The notes: a model not told the origin generated them from the sequence alone. 64,000 bases of DNA from Phoronis australis (GCA_002633005.1 NMRA01000152.1:560492-624491), one strand, 5' to 3'. Numbered from the stretch's first letter, positions 12,901-27,900 are shown. Numbers and translations: made by a program.

Positions 12901-15900
12901 CAGCGCCCCCGCAGGGTTGGCATCCTCCGCAGTGTCATCATACTCCAGCGCATCAACGGCCATCTTACGCGCCCAGTCGTATGTTTCTGGATGGACACGT
13001 GAACCGTCCAACACTTCCACATAAGCATCAGTGCTGGAAGACAGACAGAAGTATCAAGAAACACCATCAACGTAGGTTATGGGGGTAAAAAACAAAGAAA
13101 AATGGAAAGGGGCAGGATGGATACATGTTGTGAGCAGCATAATAACAAAAACATCACTTATATTGATCCCATAACAAAATTACCTTCAGGGATGGAGACT
13201 CTTGATATGAATACCTCCCATTCATTAAGACAATGTTCAAAAAGCCTTACAATGCACTCAGCTACACTTAAGTAAAGTATGACCGAAGACGATGTGATCA
13301 AGCGACTGAGAACATTGGCATTACAGTAAAGGCGTGATCTTATTAGAGCAGATTTTTATGAGGTAAAATAATCTCATACTAGACAAAAACAGGAGCAATT
13401 AAAGAGAAATGAAAATACGATAACACAAATACAGCAGTGATGCTCATCAAAGAAACTAATTATGTTAGTATAACATGTAAGAACGCTTGTTAGAAATATT
13501 TTACCTGTCTAACTCGAAGTACTCGCTACAAAAATTAGATGTGGGCCAGAGTACTAACTCCAGCTCAAGAGACTGAGACACAGATAGACATTGCACATTA
13601 GTTAGAAATTAAGCCGGCAAAAAAGAAAAAGCTGAAATGTTTCCATTCAATCGGAATGTTTCTCACATAATGATTTTCCTAAAATAAGTGAAATTTTACA
13701 GCAAAAATCACGTTAATGTGATGCTTCATCATAGTTTCCAACCCAAAAAAATAAGTAAACAATCACTTATAAGCAAAATGTGCTCATATCTGGATCCATT
13801 AATTTTCTTAATTGACACTTAGGGTTCTAAGTGATAAACGCGCACTGGGCAACAAAAAAGCGACATTAATAAATTAACATTTCAGTTTCTTGATACATAC
13901 GAGTCTCCGATGGAATTTGTGTCGATCTTGATGAAACCAGCGCAGTTGACGAACACCTTTGGCCCCATATTACACACCATGACCAGCTGTGACCTGTTCT
14001 CTAGCCGCCCATTATTCTGTTTCAATGTCTGTGAGAACAAGAAGGTGTCGCCTTATACTGAATCACTTAAACACAATGGGCAAAAGAAATCATTGCTTGG
14101 CCTAAGCAATGACAAGTCATTGCTTGGCCTAAGCAATGACAAGTCATTGCTTGGCCTAAGCAATGACAAGTCATTGCTTGGCCTAAGCAATGACAAGCCA
14201 TTGCTTGGCCTAAGCAACACCATGGTGTTAAACTAGGCCCGTTTCTTGAAAAGATATTTTCTGAAGTTATTATCAGGAAATGAGCTTTCATCCGACAGAG
14301 CTTGCACCATGAAAACTCGGCAAAAGACTCCAGGCAGCAAATCATTCAATGAATAATAATAATAGTCATAGTAATAATGTTAATAGAAATAACATTTTAC
14401 TTTTGAGCACTAAATCCAATTCTTCATAGCCAAACATTCGTTTTCACCAACAACTCAAAAGAAGTAAGGACATGGTTATTAAAAATGCCATAACATCAAA
14501 CCAAGCTCAGGAGTCCAACAGCTTAAAAATTCAGCAACACATTTCTGATCAATAAAATCAATAAAACTATAGTCCAAATATTTGGGACTTATTTCTTCTG
14601 AGGATTTAAAGTGGAATTTGCAGTCTAATTTACTAATCTCAGTGGTTGCTTGGCCAAATAAGTAAGAAAGACAACATAATATCGAGATGATGTGAATATG
14701 AAGTAGCTTGACAGTTGCCAAATGTTTTTAAGGTTGAATTTTGTGGTGAAAATGATCCGTCGTAAGTCACTGAACCATGTCCAGTAAGTATCCTGACGTG
14801 GTGCTAGGGAATAACACTGCATGATGCGGGCTATGTGAGCCTGTGAGGTACGTCACACAATTTTTGAGGACACCTCCTTAACTTTTCAGGCAAAACTACA
14901 GTTGACATATTCCATGATCAAACCACAGGATCATGGCACATCGACCAGACTTCGCAAAGACCTCACCTTGAGTATGAACTGTGCCTTGCGAGGTCCGAGG
15001 CCACATATGAACTGAACCAAGGGTACTGTGTGTGGATGATTGATAGCTCTATTAAGGTCGACGCCCACCTCGTTCACACGGTTGACAAACTCCAGATAAA
15101 GTGCACTCAGTAGTTCCTCCTTACTCACTTGATCCTGAAATTACAGGGGATGGAATGTTCTGATAGATGTAAACAAAGCTTCTTTATTAGTTAATCTCCA
15201 AGAAGAAGAGCCAACATCAAAAGAGTCAATCGCAGCGAAAGTGAGATGGACTAATAGATATTGATTCATCAGGTAAATATCAATATGTTTAGTTGAAAAA
15301 TAAAATTTCACAAAACTCATGAATGAATATTATAGTAAGATAACACAAAAAGCACAATGTGCTGCCATAATATGAACACAAGCAAGTCAGTGTTGCATTT
15401 TAAGTCTTGCCATCACGCCATCTCTTGGCCACATCTGATGTGGCCAACAGATGGCGTGCTGACAAGACTTAAAATGTTTGTAACATATTTCCACGCCATA
15501 TTGAGATTGACATATTTATATACAAAGTCAGTGTTGACAGTCTAATGTGAGTTTCATATCTTTCTTCCACCTGACTAGAACTCGTGTTCTCTTCATCAGG
15601 TTTGTGTTAAAAATGTCTTTTGTGTCAAGGATTTTGCCATAACCAAGTTCACAACTAATTTGGCATGCCAACAACGCAATCACTCTACAAAGCCTACTAC
15701 CAACCTGCAATGGGTGGTACTTCAGGTTAAGTAAGTCTTCGTCAGGGTTACACAGCTGGGCGAACTCAACCAGTGGGTCCTGTAGACGGCGAGCTATGGC
15801 GATAGCCTGCCTCAGCATGGGTGGATACTCACGAAATGAGGCCTACAGTGAGAACAAGGAACTAGACATATACATGCAGTCACATGCAGTCTTTACACTC

Positions 15901-18900
15901 GTTGAAAGCACCAACAGTTTGGATTCAACATAGTTATTACTTTCTTATACCTTCGCAACTTNATGTGCTCATATGTGGATCCATTAATTTTCTTAATTAA
16001 CACTTAGGGTTCTAAGTGATAAACGCGCACTGGGCAACAAAAAAGCGACATTAATAAATTAACATTTCAGTTTCTTGATACATACGAGTCACCGATGGAA
16101 TTTGTGTCGATCTTGATGAAACCAGCGCAGTTGACGAACACCTTTGGCCCCATATTACACACCATGACCAGCTGTGACCTGTTCTCTAGCCGCCCATTAT
16201 TCTGTTTCAATGTCTGTGGGAACAAGAAGGTGTTGCCTTATACTGAATCACTTAAACACAATGGGCAAAAGAAATCATTGCTTGGCCTAAGCAATGACAA
16301 GTCATTGCTTGGCCTAAGCAATGACAAGTCATTGCTTGGCCTAAGAAATGACAAGTCATTGCTTGGCCTAAGCAATGAGAAACCATTGCTTGGTCTAAGC
16401 AACAACATCGTGTTAAACTAGGCCTGTTTCTTGAAAAGATATTATTCTGAAGTTATTATCAGGAAATCAGCTTTCATCCGACAGAGCTTCCACCATGAAA
16501 ACTTGGCAAAAGACTCCAGACAGCAAATCCTTCAATGAATAATAATAAGTCATAGTAATAGTATTAATTAAAACATTTTACTTTTGAGCACTAAATCCAA
16601 TTCTTCATTGCCAAACATTCGCTTTCACCATCAACTCAAAAGAAGTAAGGACATGGTTATTAAAAATGCCATATCATAACATCAAACCAAGCTCAGGAGT
16701 CCAACAGCTTAAAAATTCAGCAACACAACTCTGATCAACAAAATCAATTTAAAACTATAGTCCAAATATTTGGGACTTATTTCTTCTGAGGATTTCAAGT
16801 GGAATTTGCAGGCTAATTTACTAATCTCTGTGGTTACTTGGCCAAATAATTAAGAAACACAACATATCGAGATGATGTGAATATGAAGTAGCTTGACAGT
16901 TGCCAAATGATTTTAAGATCGAATTTTGTGGTAAAAATGATCCGTCGTAAGTCACTGAACCATGTCTAGTAAGTATCCTGAGGTGGTGCTGGGGAATAAC
17001 ACTGCATGATGCGGGCTATGTGAGCCCGTGAGGTACGTCACACAATTTTTGAGGACACTTCCTTAACTTTTCAGGCAAAACTACAGTTGACATATTCCAT
17101 GATCAAACCACAGGATCATGGCACATCGACCAGACTTCGCAGTAGACCTCACCTTGAGTATGAACTGTGCCTTGCGAGGTCCGAGGCCACATATGAACTG
17201 AACCAAGGGTACTGTGTGTGGATGATTGATAGCTCTATTAAGGTCGACGCCCACCTCGTTCACACGGTTGACAAACTCCAGATAAAGTGCACTCAATAGT
17301 TCCTCCTTACTCACTTGATCCTGAAATTACAGGGGATGGAATGTTCTGATAGATGTAAACAAAGCTTATTTATTAGTTAATCTCCAAGAAGAAGAGCCAA
17401 CATCAAAAGTGTCAATCGCAGCAAAAATGCGATGGACAAATAAATATTGATTCATCAGGTAAATATGAATATGTTTAGCTGAAAAATAAAATTTCACAAA
17501 ACTCATGAATGAATATTATGGTAAGATAACACAAAAAGTACAATGTGCTGCCATAATATGAACACGAGCAAGTCAGTGTTGCATTTTAAGTCTTGTCATC
17601 ACGCCATATCTTGGCCACATCTGATGTGGCCAACAGATGGCGTGCTGACGCCATATCGAGATTGACATATTTATATACAAAGTCAGTGTTGACAGTGTAA
17701 TGTAAGTTTCATATCTTTCTTCCACCTCACTAGAACTTGTGTTCTCTTCATCAGGTTTGTGTTAAAAATGTCTTTTGCGTCAAGGATTTTGCCATAACCA
17801 AGTTCACAACTAATGTGGCATGCCAACGACGCAATCACTCTATAAAGCCTACTACCAACCTGCAATGGGTGGTACTTCAGGTTAAGTAAGTCTTCGTCAG
17901 GGTTACACAGCTGGGCGAACTCAACCAGTGGGTCCTGTAGACGGCGAGCTATAGCGATAGCCTGCCTCAGCATGGGTGGATACTCACGAAACGAGGCCTA
18001 CAGTGAGAACAAGGAACTAGACATATACATGCAGTCACATGCAGTCTTTACACTCGTTGAAAGCACCAACAGTTTGGATTCAACACAGTTATTACTTTCT
18101 TATACCTTTGCAACTTATTCCGAAATAAGATCTGACATCAGCTCAAGGTTGACATTACAATTAAGGACTGAGCTCTCTAAGTAGTATATCTACTTATTAG
18201 TAAGAGAACTTAAGATTTGTTTGCATTTACTTTTGCTTTTTGTTAATTGTAAAACTCGATCATCAAGGTGCTTTTAAAAGGACAATATGTCACTAAATTA
18301 CAAAAAGGAAGTAAAAACTTTCAACTTGCATTTGTCGACCACCTTATGCAAAGAAAACATCTGTTTTTACATTTATCGCCTTACAGCAACGTCGTAAAAA
18401 CTGTTCACGTCGTGTTATACGTAAAAGTATACGTAAAAGTACACGAAACAGTTTTTCATAGAATATAAAGCTCTCTATTGCCTTAAAAGTCGTTGTACAA
18501 CTGACACTTGAAATAAGATTCTACTACACAATAAACGGCGCTCAAACAAATAGTTCAGTCTAAGGCCATCCACATATTATAGTTGTTTGTAACTGAATGA
18601 ACACACCCACTCACAGCCCCGCTGTTTAGACATTATGGTGCCAACATCTTCTAACCTTATTCTAACTATCCAATCAAAGGTCACCTGATACAAAACTCAA
18701 CCATAATCCTTCAAAAGCCACAGCCAAGCCTTAAACACAGGCCAGCATATACAGAAGATCATCCAATCACAATCAGTACCTGACTAATATCTCAGGCCAA
18801 TAGACATGCATATCTCATCAACATAATTGCATAACAAGGCTTGATATAAGCAAGAAAACGCTTGCAAATACGAGTGCGAAAAATTGACTAGAAAATTGGT

Positions 18901-21900
18901 CTCACCGAGCCAATGTCTGGCATTTTAGTTTTTGGTCACTACTCCTTATGAGCCCAAACCCGGGAAAACGAGTGGCAAATATGCTGTCACATGTATTTAA
19001 AGTGGACATTTTTGACTGTCTCAAGTGCCGTTTAATCACACTACTTCAAGAAGCCACACCTCCATTCCCACCTGTACACCAGATCAATCTCATACCTCAG
19101 CTCTGTTTGAATTCATGAACACAATAGCCTCCTCATTGTCCACCAGCTCAACACTGATAGGAGCCATCTGACTCTCTTGTTCAAGGTCAGAGACGCACCC
19201 TCGAACGTCCTCGATGAGGTCAACTGCATTTCGGGACTGGGCTGCCACACCTATGACACGTGGTTTTTTGGTGGCGATAAAATCTTTGAGCTTTTCTAAA
19301 TCAGCCAACTGAAACAGAAAAATCCAAAATAAACAATACGCCGACTGAACAATTTTGTGACTTTTGTGCATTTGTCAATTATCAAATACTGAAGCTGAAT
19401 TAACCACCATTCAGTTAAAGTGAGGAAACAATTCTATGACAACTATTCAGTTTCATTAAAGCTTGAAATAACATAAACTGAAATGTTCTGAACATCTTCC
19501 GTTTCAACACTTTCAGAAATAATTAGATTTTCATGTTTTTAGGTCACAACACAACATTTGAAAACAACACAAAGCTCAGGAACGTCAAACTTTACTCGAG
19601 AATCGACACAAAAATTTACCAATTGCATGGCATGGTTTGAATAAACATTTAAATTTCCTCGAAGAAGTTATTGGCTAAATTTCGAGTAGTGTCAAGTACA
19701 GTACATGTTGTCCTGGGGCGTAAGATCTAACAATAGACACGAGCAACACTAACCTTGGCCTCCCTATCCTGTTTTAAGAACGCATTTTTCCGTTTCATAA
19801 TTCCTGGCAACCTCAGGTAGTCACTCACTTCCCCTTCCCCATCAACAAGACATGCAAACGACGCTTCATTCCTGAATTGAAAACATGACAACTAATGAAA
19901 ATCCACGTACACCAATGAAACCACACTATACATAATTTTCATTCAAAACTACTACGATAAAAAGGAGACGCCATTACTGGTACATAACAAAATGGAAAAA
20001 CCATGACAGCAATTTTATTCATAATAGACTGGGCTTAATTTGTTTATTTTTATTTGTCTTTTTATTTTCCCGGAAGTCACATGGCTGCCAAGTTTCACAA
20101 CCCTCAACTAATTTTAAAGATGGGTGAATTTGAAGTCCAGCGCACACCACTTTTGGTTGAGGCCAGAGCACCTGAACTCCGGCTGACCAGTGGTCCAACC
20201 TGAGCATTTAAGGGTTCAGCAAGTAAAATATTCATCAGTTCCATGGTATTGTACCACAACAAATTTGAGAGACAAATTCTGCATGTATACACTTAACTAG
20301 CAGGGTCCAGATTAGATGCATTTTAACTGATCTTGCAGAGTACACATTTTCAAAGAATAATCCTGCCACCAGCGCCACCTACATTTCAGTTGGGTAGCAG
20401 ATGGCCATGACAGGGACGCCCTCGGAACTCTCAAAGTCTTCATCGTCCTCCAGCTGATGATCGGGTTGATAGGGCGCCACCTAATAGCAGACATAAAAAT
20501 AACCACTTAAAGTGCAACATGCATTTAAAATATGAGCACTGACAACAATGTTGCGCTTTCATATGGGATCTCATAATTTCTTAGTTTCCTTATATTAATA
20601 TTATTAATATTAATATTATAAGTCATAAGTTTGCAGTAGGTACACTTTTGTTTTACATCCATATCACACACTACACACCTCACTGCCTCATGTTAGATTC
20701 ATTTCCTTACCATTACCCCTCGTCTTCCACCCCTGCTACCCAACCACACCTCTCTCCCCTCTCACCTTCAGACAGTTGTACAGTTTACGACAACACGCCT
20801 TGATCACTCCATCCTTAGCCTCCTGAAGCAGCTTCGTTTTGATCTCCTGCGCCATCTGTGGGTAGAGGATAAGAGTCAGCGCCCTCTCCAGTGCTTGGCT
20901 ACGCTGAGCGTTCCAGGCTTGCACCAATGAGCTAAACTCATCCTGAAGAATGAAAAGAAATTTAACTTCTACATAAAAACAACACACCTACTGTCACAGG
21001 AAGGTGCAGTATAACTATACAGTAGGCCCAGGCATAGAGTCTGGTCCATGGGAACTGAATTTGAACTCACAGCATTATACCGAAACACAAGTACATTTTT
21101 AGGACACCCCATTTCTAACCACAATTTTCAGTACGTCTTACCCTGTAGTAGAGCTGGCGGATCTCCTCAAAGTACGTGGGTATCCTGGACTTCTTGTCTT
21201 CATCAATGACCACTTCATAAGTCATCAACTGCTCCTCAACAGCCTGACAATATTATGTTAAAATTGCACCGTGTAGAACTTTAGAACAGTAATTTAACAA
21301 GAATACTGGAGGCTTTAAGTTAAGTAAAACTGTGAAAATACAGAAATGTTTAAAAATTATACAACAGTTGTACTTTAACTTAGAGTTTAAGCGAAACTAA
21401 ATATTGGATACAAATTGCTCCAGACATTTTATAGAGTAATACTGGTAAAATATTAAATTACAATGATGCTGTAGAAGTGCTAGAGCACTGGCAAACACGC
21501 AAGAAATGGTAAAAACAATCGATAGTGATTACGAGGCAAAGAGCATGCCTTGAGAGTGGGATCATCACGAACAAACTTGTCCATAGCTAACAGTTGAGCG
21601 TATCCAATACAACCTTCAGATAGCAACTTGGACACCTGCATAATGGCAGCCACCCTGCGTGTGACGGGGAAAACGACCAGTTTTAAATGACTCACTATTG
21701 TTAGCTTCAGGAACTGATCTGCCCGGAACTCTTTCACTGGCTTCAGCCGTAGGTATTTAAATTGAAAACACGGGTGGAACTCGTCTATCATCTGTAAATA
21801 GACAAATTACTGTGATAAACCATGTTGTCCTGCTTATTTATAATCCTTACATTATGACCTGTTTCATGACCTTGTGAAGCAGTTTCCTTTGAACTGGTGC

Positions 21901-24900
21901 TAGTGTAATACAAATGTCACCAGGAACTGATTCCAAGTTTTAAACACCTTTGCTTTCGTCGTTTCACATACTTTTATCAGTAAGATAACGATATTCTCCA
22001 TGTTCTGAAGGATAAACCACTCTTAAAGAGTCAGAAATTTATAAAGCGTGGCCTCCCAATATATATTAAGAAAATTTTCCCTTGAAGATTCAGTGCTTTG
22101 TCATTTACACATTGAAATTTGTTTGCAATGCAAAGAAACACAGTCATACAGACAACCCACATTAAAATCATAAACTCGAAGTCTGACGCAGCAAACTTTT
22201 TACAGTGAGATACCTTCATGCCTTTTTTGGTGGGCCTGCAGTTGATCTTGGCCCTTTCGTGAAATGTCTGTCGTACGCACTGCCTGACAATGGGGTCATG
22301 AGCTATCTGCATGGCCACCACGTGACGAACTCCTTTAAGGACGTCTTCCTCGTTGGGGAATTGACTATAAAAGAAGCAAGAGCTGAAACGCACGAATAAA
22401 CACAAACTTTTTTCTCCCTTGGAAAGCTATATTCAATGTCAAACAAAGTACACCATTTGAATCATTTGTAGTTCAGGTGATAATCAAGTTCAGATAGGAA
22501 ATTTGTCAGCTATCTGGTAGCTACATGCCGTCCACACTAAGTCCACCACTGACATCAGAGCGTCCAGTGTGAAGACCACAAGATGTCAGGCTTAAACAAC
22601 CAATCAAAAACAAACCGCCACACACATACACGGCTGTAAAAACCTAAAACACGAGACACAGCAAACAGAGATTCTGAACTGAGTAACGCGTATAAAAGTA
22701 CATCACTGGATCAACACCCACTCCCATAAATTGCGAGTTTCTCAACGCAAATGTTGTTGGTGTCAAGCCGAAAGATGCTCTTAATTAATATGTTGCCTTC
22801 TTCTTGAAATATCTGCGTAGCTAGTGACTATCAACTCATAAAAGCGTACATTGTCTGAAACTAGGAATTACGACAAATCTAATGATGTCATTTACATCTA
22901 TGTACCATTCTCGAGGTCACGTGACCATGCGTTTTTGGGAAAAATGTCATTTTTTGAAAGGTACATCAATAGGGAAAAAGTCTTTACAACAGCACTTACT
23001 AACCAAATTTTCAGCATAAAAACATTGAATGAAAATGCCCAGAAACCACGTCTGGGATTTTCCAATAACTAGCGCTGATGTTTTAATGGTATTTTTTATG
23101 AAATTGGGCTACACGTAACCTTAACTTAGACAAATACAGTAATACCGTGTAAGATTGATGCAAGAAAAGACAAACTAGACAATAGTAGCATTTCCATGTG
23201 AAAATTGCTCGAAATAATCCCAGTATTGTTTCAGACCAACTTTACGAAGCAAAATGTTGCTTTGGACACATATTTACTGGGATTCTGAGTCCGACCAAAC
23301 TTCACAAGACTGAAACAGGGAAAAATTATTCAGGAGTTCACGGCTCGCTCACTCAATTAAAATTCCAAGTCAGACTGCTCCTAACCAATAGCAGTGTTAT
23401 AGCCTATGTAGTTTACTTAATTGTCAAACAGATCTTACGAGTGTCACAGATGTCTGACTAGAGCATTTTCAATGTCTCTTAATAGGGATTATCAAATTCA
23501 CTGTGATTCTTGTTCCCACGGTTACACAACAGCTTGGTGGGAGTAATTCCAGTAAAAACATTCCTACGAAATTTCTGGGATTCTGAAATAGATGCGAACA
23601 CTACTACTGAACCAACAGAACACGCACCCGCATATTTTCTCCTGTGCCAACTCCATGGGTTCCTCTGGGAACTGATCCACTTCATTCTTCTGGTAGTTTT
23701 CTTTCAGATTCTCTCCAAACTGGTCAGGGCTAAGACCAAACCTTTTCGCAAACTCATCTACAAAGCACAGGACCAACAATCACCTGCTAGTGTCATAACA
23801 CTAGTGTCTGTATAGCATAACATTTGTATAAACAAAAAACATACCACACTGTGTAATGTAGTCACCAACAATTCTACTTCTTCTTCTGTGTTCCCGATCA
23901 AGGAATTCAAATCATGCTTTTGATTAAGAAGTTCATGAAAAGCATGCACTTGTCCAATAATGTAGTTCCCACCAAATACCAACGATTAAAAGTACACAAG
24001 GGACTCTGACAAAAATACAGCATTCCAAGATCAATTTCATGGATTATATAGCTAAGGGTAGCTACATCGTTTGGTTTGAATGACTACACAACATGTAAGT
24101 TACACATTAATTGTTATTCATATTCATGTGCTAATTCAAAATCATATGTAGCAAATAACGGCAATATCATTCATTAATATTATATTTGAAAGAGGAATCC
24201 TAATACACTTTTTCAGTTAAAAATATCCTCGTAATCAGAACAGCTCCTGGCAATGGCTACATACCTAGACCAGCGTCTTGACAAATGTGGTATCCTGTCT
24301 TCCTCGTGGCCTGTTTCAGGGGTGCATCTTGCTGCTCATTCATCTCGGCATCCTCCCCCTCACGTCCCTCCTCTGCCAGGGCCTTGGCCTTCTTAGCTTT
24401 TTCCGCGTTCTTCATCTTGGGGATGTCTCGTCCGTAGTAGAGCAGGAACTGCTGGTAGACGTCCCGAAGTTCCTCCATGGTCTCCACATTGCGAGCACTG
24501 GATCAAATAGATAATCTTGACAGTCATGGGATTTATTAAAGATCAAATGTTCAATTATTTAATTTAGTTCATGAGTAATACATCTTTCCTGGTAACAGTA
24601 ATCTAGTTATCTTGTGCAAAAGTGAGTGCCAAAGTTGCATTTGTCTTGTTTTTCGAAGATTAGGTATCATGATACAAGTAGTCAGATTTAAGCAAATATT
24701 GTCTAATGCAAGCTGTGTGATACAAATAATTCTAAACTGAAGCACACGTTTCAGTACAGGTTATTTTGTTGGAAAATTTGATGACCACTTCTCCACCTTA
24801 TTTCGAACTGAAGAGGTGACCAATTGCCATGCATAGAGCTGCAGTTTTGAATAGTACACTATCACATAGTTCAAGGGAACTAAATGACTACAAACAAATG

Positions 24901-27900
24901 CAAAGAATTTAAGACCAGAGATACAACATGCCACTCACATCTCGATATCTTCCTCTGTTAAAGCACGTATATTATCTGGAAGTGGTTCATCGGGGTCGGC
25001 GTTCTGCTCAAACTGAAACTGTTGCATCTTTTCGAACAGAGCGATCATATTCTCTTTGCGGCCTCTCAGTTGTGTCCACTACAATGAGAATCTCGGTGAA
25101 ATGTCCGTTTTCAGCCAAATTGTGACAGATATGACATTTTATTGTCATTATGTTAATGTCTTGGAACTGTGTGTTAACGAGAAAATCACATCTTACAGGT
25201 GACATAGAAGACTGTGCAAGAAAGTTATTTAAAACTGCATGCAATCAAATATGACTTAAATATGCCTCTCTGCCACTGTATCATTGTAGAAATCAAAACC
25301 TGTGGCTTTGATACAACAAGCTCAAATTTTTAAATAGTCTCATGGTACATTCTCACTGTATGGTGAATGAAAACTCATTCCCAAGTTCAGTCATTTCTTA
25401 CCTTTTCATCCCATTGCCAGACCTTCCACAGTTCACTAATGTTTAACTCTGGTTCCACGTATTCCTTACGGTAGAATGCTATAAATGGGACCTACAATCA
25501 AAAGACAAAGAGGCAACTAGAAATATTTGTTAAAAAATTCTAAGATATCACTCAAAAATGACATACGTCGAGATCTGATAAAATAAGACAATGAAGAAGC
25601 AGTTAAAAACATTTTAAAATCTGGTAAAAATAAATATAGTTAAAAAACCCAAATTAATTTTATATACTTTATTGGATTTTAAACTGATTCTTTTAAGCTG
25701 TTAAAAACTTTCATTTTAAAATCCGTTAAATATAAATATGGTTAAAAAACGCATATTAATTTTAAATATTTTTACTGGATTTTAAACTGCTTCTACACTG
25801 TCAAAGATTTCAGACAGATTAAAAAATAATTAAAGTTATACAAGACCCTATCAACAAGAATGTGCATTTTTGCCAGATACGTACAAAACCATAGCATTTA
25901 ACTAACTGTACATTAAAATATATTATATATCAAAGTAAAAAGCCAATAAAATTTGATTTGTACCACGTCTTTTCATTAAAAGTGACAAAAAAAGAAACAA
26001 CCAACTTACATTCAAAGCAAAACAACACTACGGATAACATGACAAACTTTCATTATTTTCTCCATGATAGCAAGTAGCAGCATAAATTCAAGAAAATAAC
26101 TACGGTTTTAAAACTTGACATGTTTCGGTGTCATTTATTAAACACCATCCTCAGAAGTCATAAGGATAGTGTTTAATAAATGACACCGAAACATGTCAAG
26201 TTTTAAAACCGTAGTTATTTTCTTGAATTTCATTATTTTGATATACATGTTCAAGATGAAATTTCAAAATGGCTACAACAGCTATCTAAATTATCCACTT
26301 CTTTTCATTTTATGCAACTTCTTTGATGTTTTTCTTAACAATCTTAACAAGTTGCAATTTTTGATGGCCCCTCATGTCAAACTGGAACTTTTTAAAAACA
26401 CTTTCAAATAGCAATATGGGGAACACTGCATAAAGTACAATATCTGAAATTTTCATTTAAAACTAATAAATCATTTCTGAGATACGTATTCCGAAGTTAG
26501 CCACATTTGACATTTTTCTGAGGTTTCACATAACCTTTATTCCTCAAGTGGGAAAAATATAACAAGTAACCCAAACAAACCTCCAGGTGGTGTTTGCGCA
26601 TGAAATTGAGCGCCTCACGAATCTTCTCTACAGTGTTAGGGCCCTTATTTTGTAGGTATTCAGAGTACCCGTCTCCTTGTTCCTGTCACAGAGAAATTGT
26701 CCAGCATTAAATCAAGAAAACAATAACACATTTGGTAAAACGAAGAGTAATCTGCGATAGAGCAAGATTCAGTGAAAATGCCGCCTCCATGTCTTAAGAG
26801 TTGTTCACCATATTCAGCATCTTCTGTGCAATGTTCAGGTATTCTGTTCTATTCTTTAAAAACATTTCGAGGGTGGCCTGCACTGCTATTAAAAATCTCA
26901 AATTAAAACTGCAGTGATATAAAAGCAATCTAAACAAAGTCAACGACAGAAAGGGCTTCCACAATTGTGCAATAGTTTACAAATTAACCAATTTTTGAAT
27001 CATAACACTAGAAAAACGTGTTCAGCACGATATCTAGTACTCTGTCTCCGGCCATAAGTCCACTTGGATAGTGTGTGAAGATGACTAGTTTACCTGTACA
27101 GATATAGGCAATGTGATGAAGGCGTGTTTATAGATCCACTCTGCCTCCTCCTCAATCTCACCATCATCCGGTGTCTTGACTGGGATAGACCGAAGCTGAA
27201 CAATAATAAAATAAAATAAAAATTACTATACGCTGTGAATAATCAAATGAATGATCCACGTTGGGAAGACGGCGACTATGATATCATCAACAATTGACCT
27301 ATTGTCAAGGTTTTGAATGATGGCTTAGATGACCAATCAGAACACAGGATTATTGACACACCTTCATTTCCAAGCTGCCATTTTACCCGACAAACAAGTA
27401 AAACTTATTGTTTGTTTGTCGACTTTTTGCAAGGGGGTAGAGCTTGCAATAGGTTAAATTAGTGAGCATCACCAACACTCCAATTGGCACCACAATCACT
27501 GAGCTGAAAATAACTTCTGTAATCAGTAATTTTACCAGTTTAGCGAGTACGCTTAGCAAAGAGAGAGCATTTTGAGATTAAAGATGGAAATTGTACAAAA
27601 TTACTCAACACAGCTGCCTAACAATGGTAAATCTCATTAAAACACTGAATACGGAACTGTTAACATGTACCAGCAAATGAAATCCAAGAGAATTATCAGT
27701 ATCAAAATTACAGTCTGGAAAGAAACAATTCCTGTGTTTGGCATGAAAACGTTTGCAAACATCATGATTGGTAAAAGCATTAACAACGTGCAAATTAAGT
27801 TTACTGTAAACTATTCGATGACCAAAGAATTGAAATTCATTGTTGTTCCATTCGGGTAACAGCAGTCTTTGGTGGTTGATTGAGATTTTCCAGGTGTTCA

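Larger units (their letters stand above)
13778..18116. repeat. ~2.2-kb tandem duplication containing SPT6 exons 21-23 (probable haplotype/assembly duplication)
   Basis: 13778-15961 is nearly identical to 15963-18116, joined by a single n at 15962. Differences are SNP/indel level. Confidence 0.92.

Noticed and set aside
14087-14220. Palindromic 27-bp repeats suggestive of CRISPR
   Set aside because: The units are contiguous with no spacers, there are no cas genes, and the context is a eukaryotic intron.
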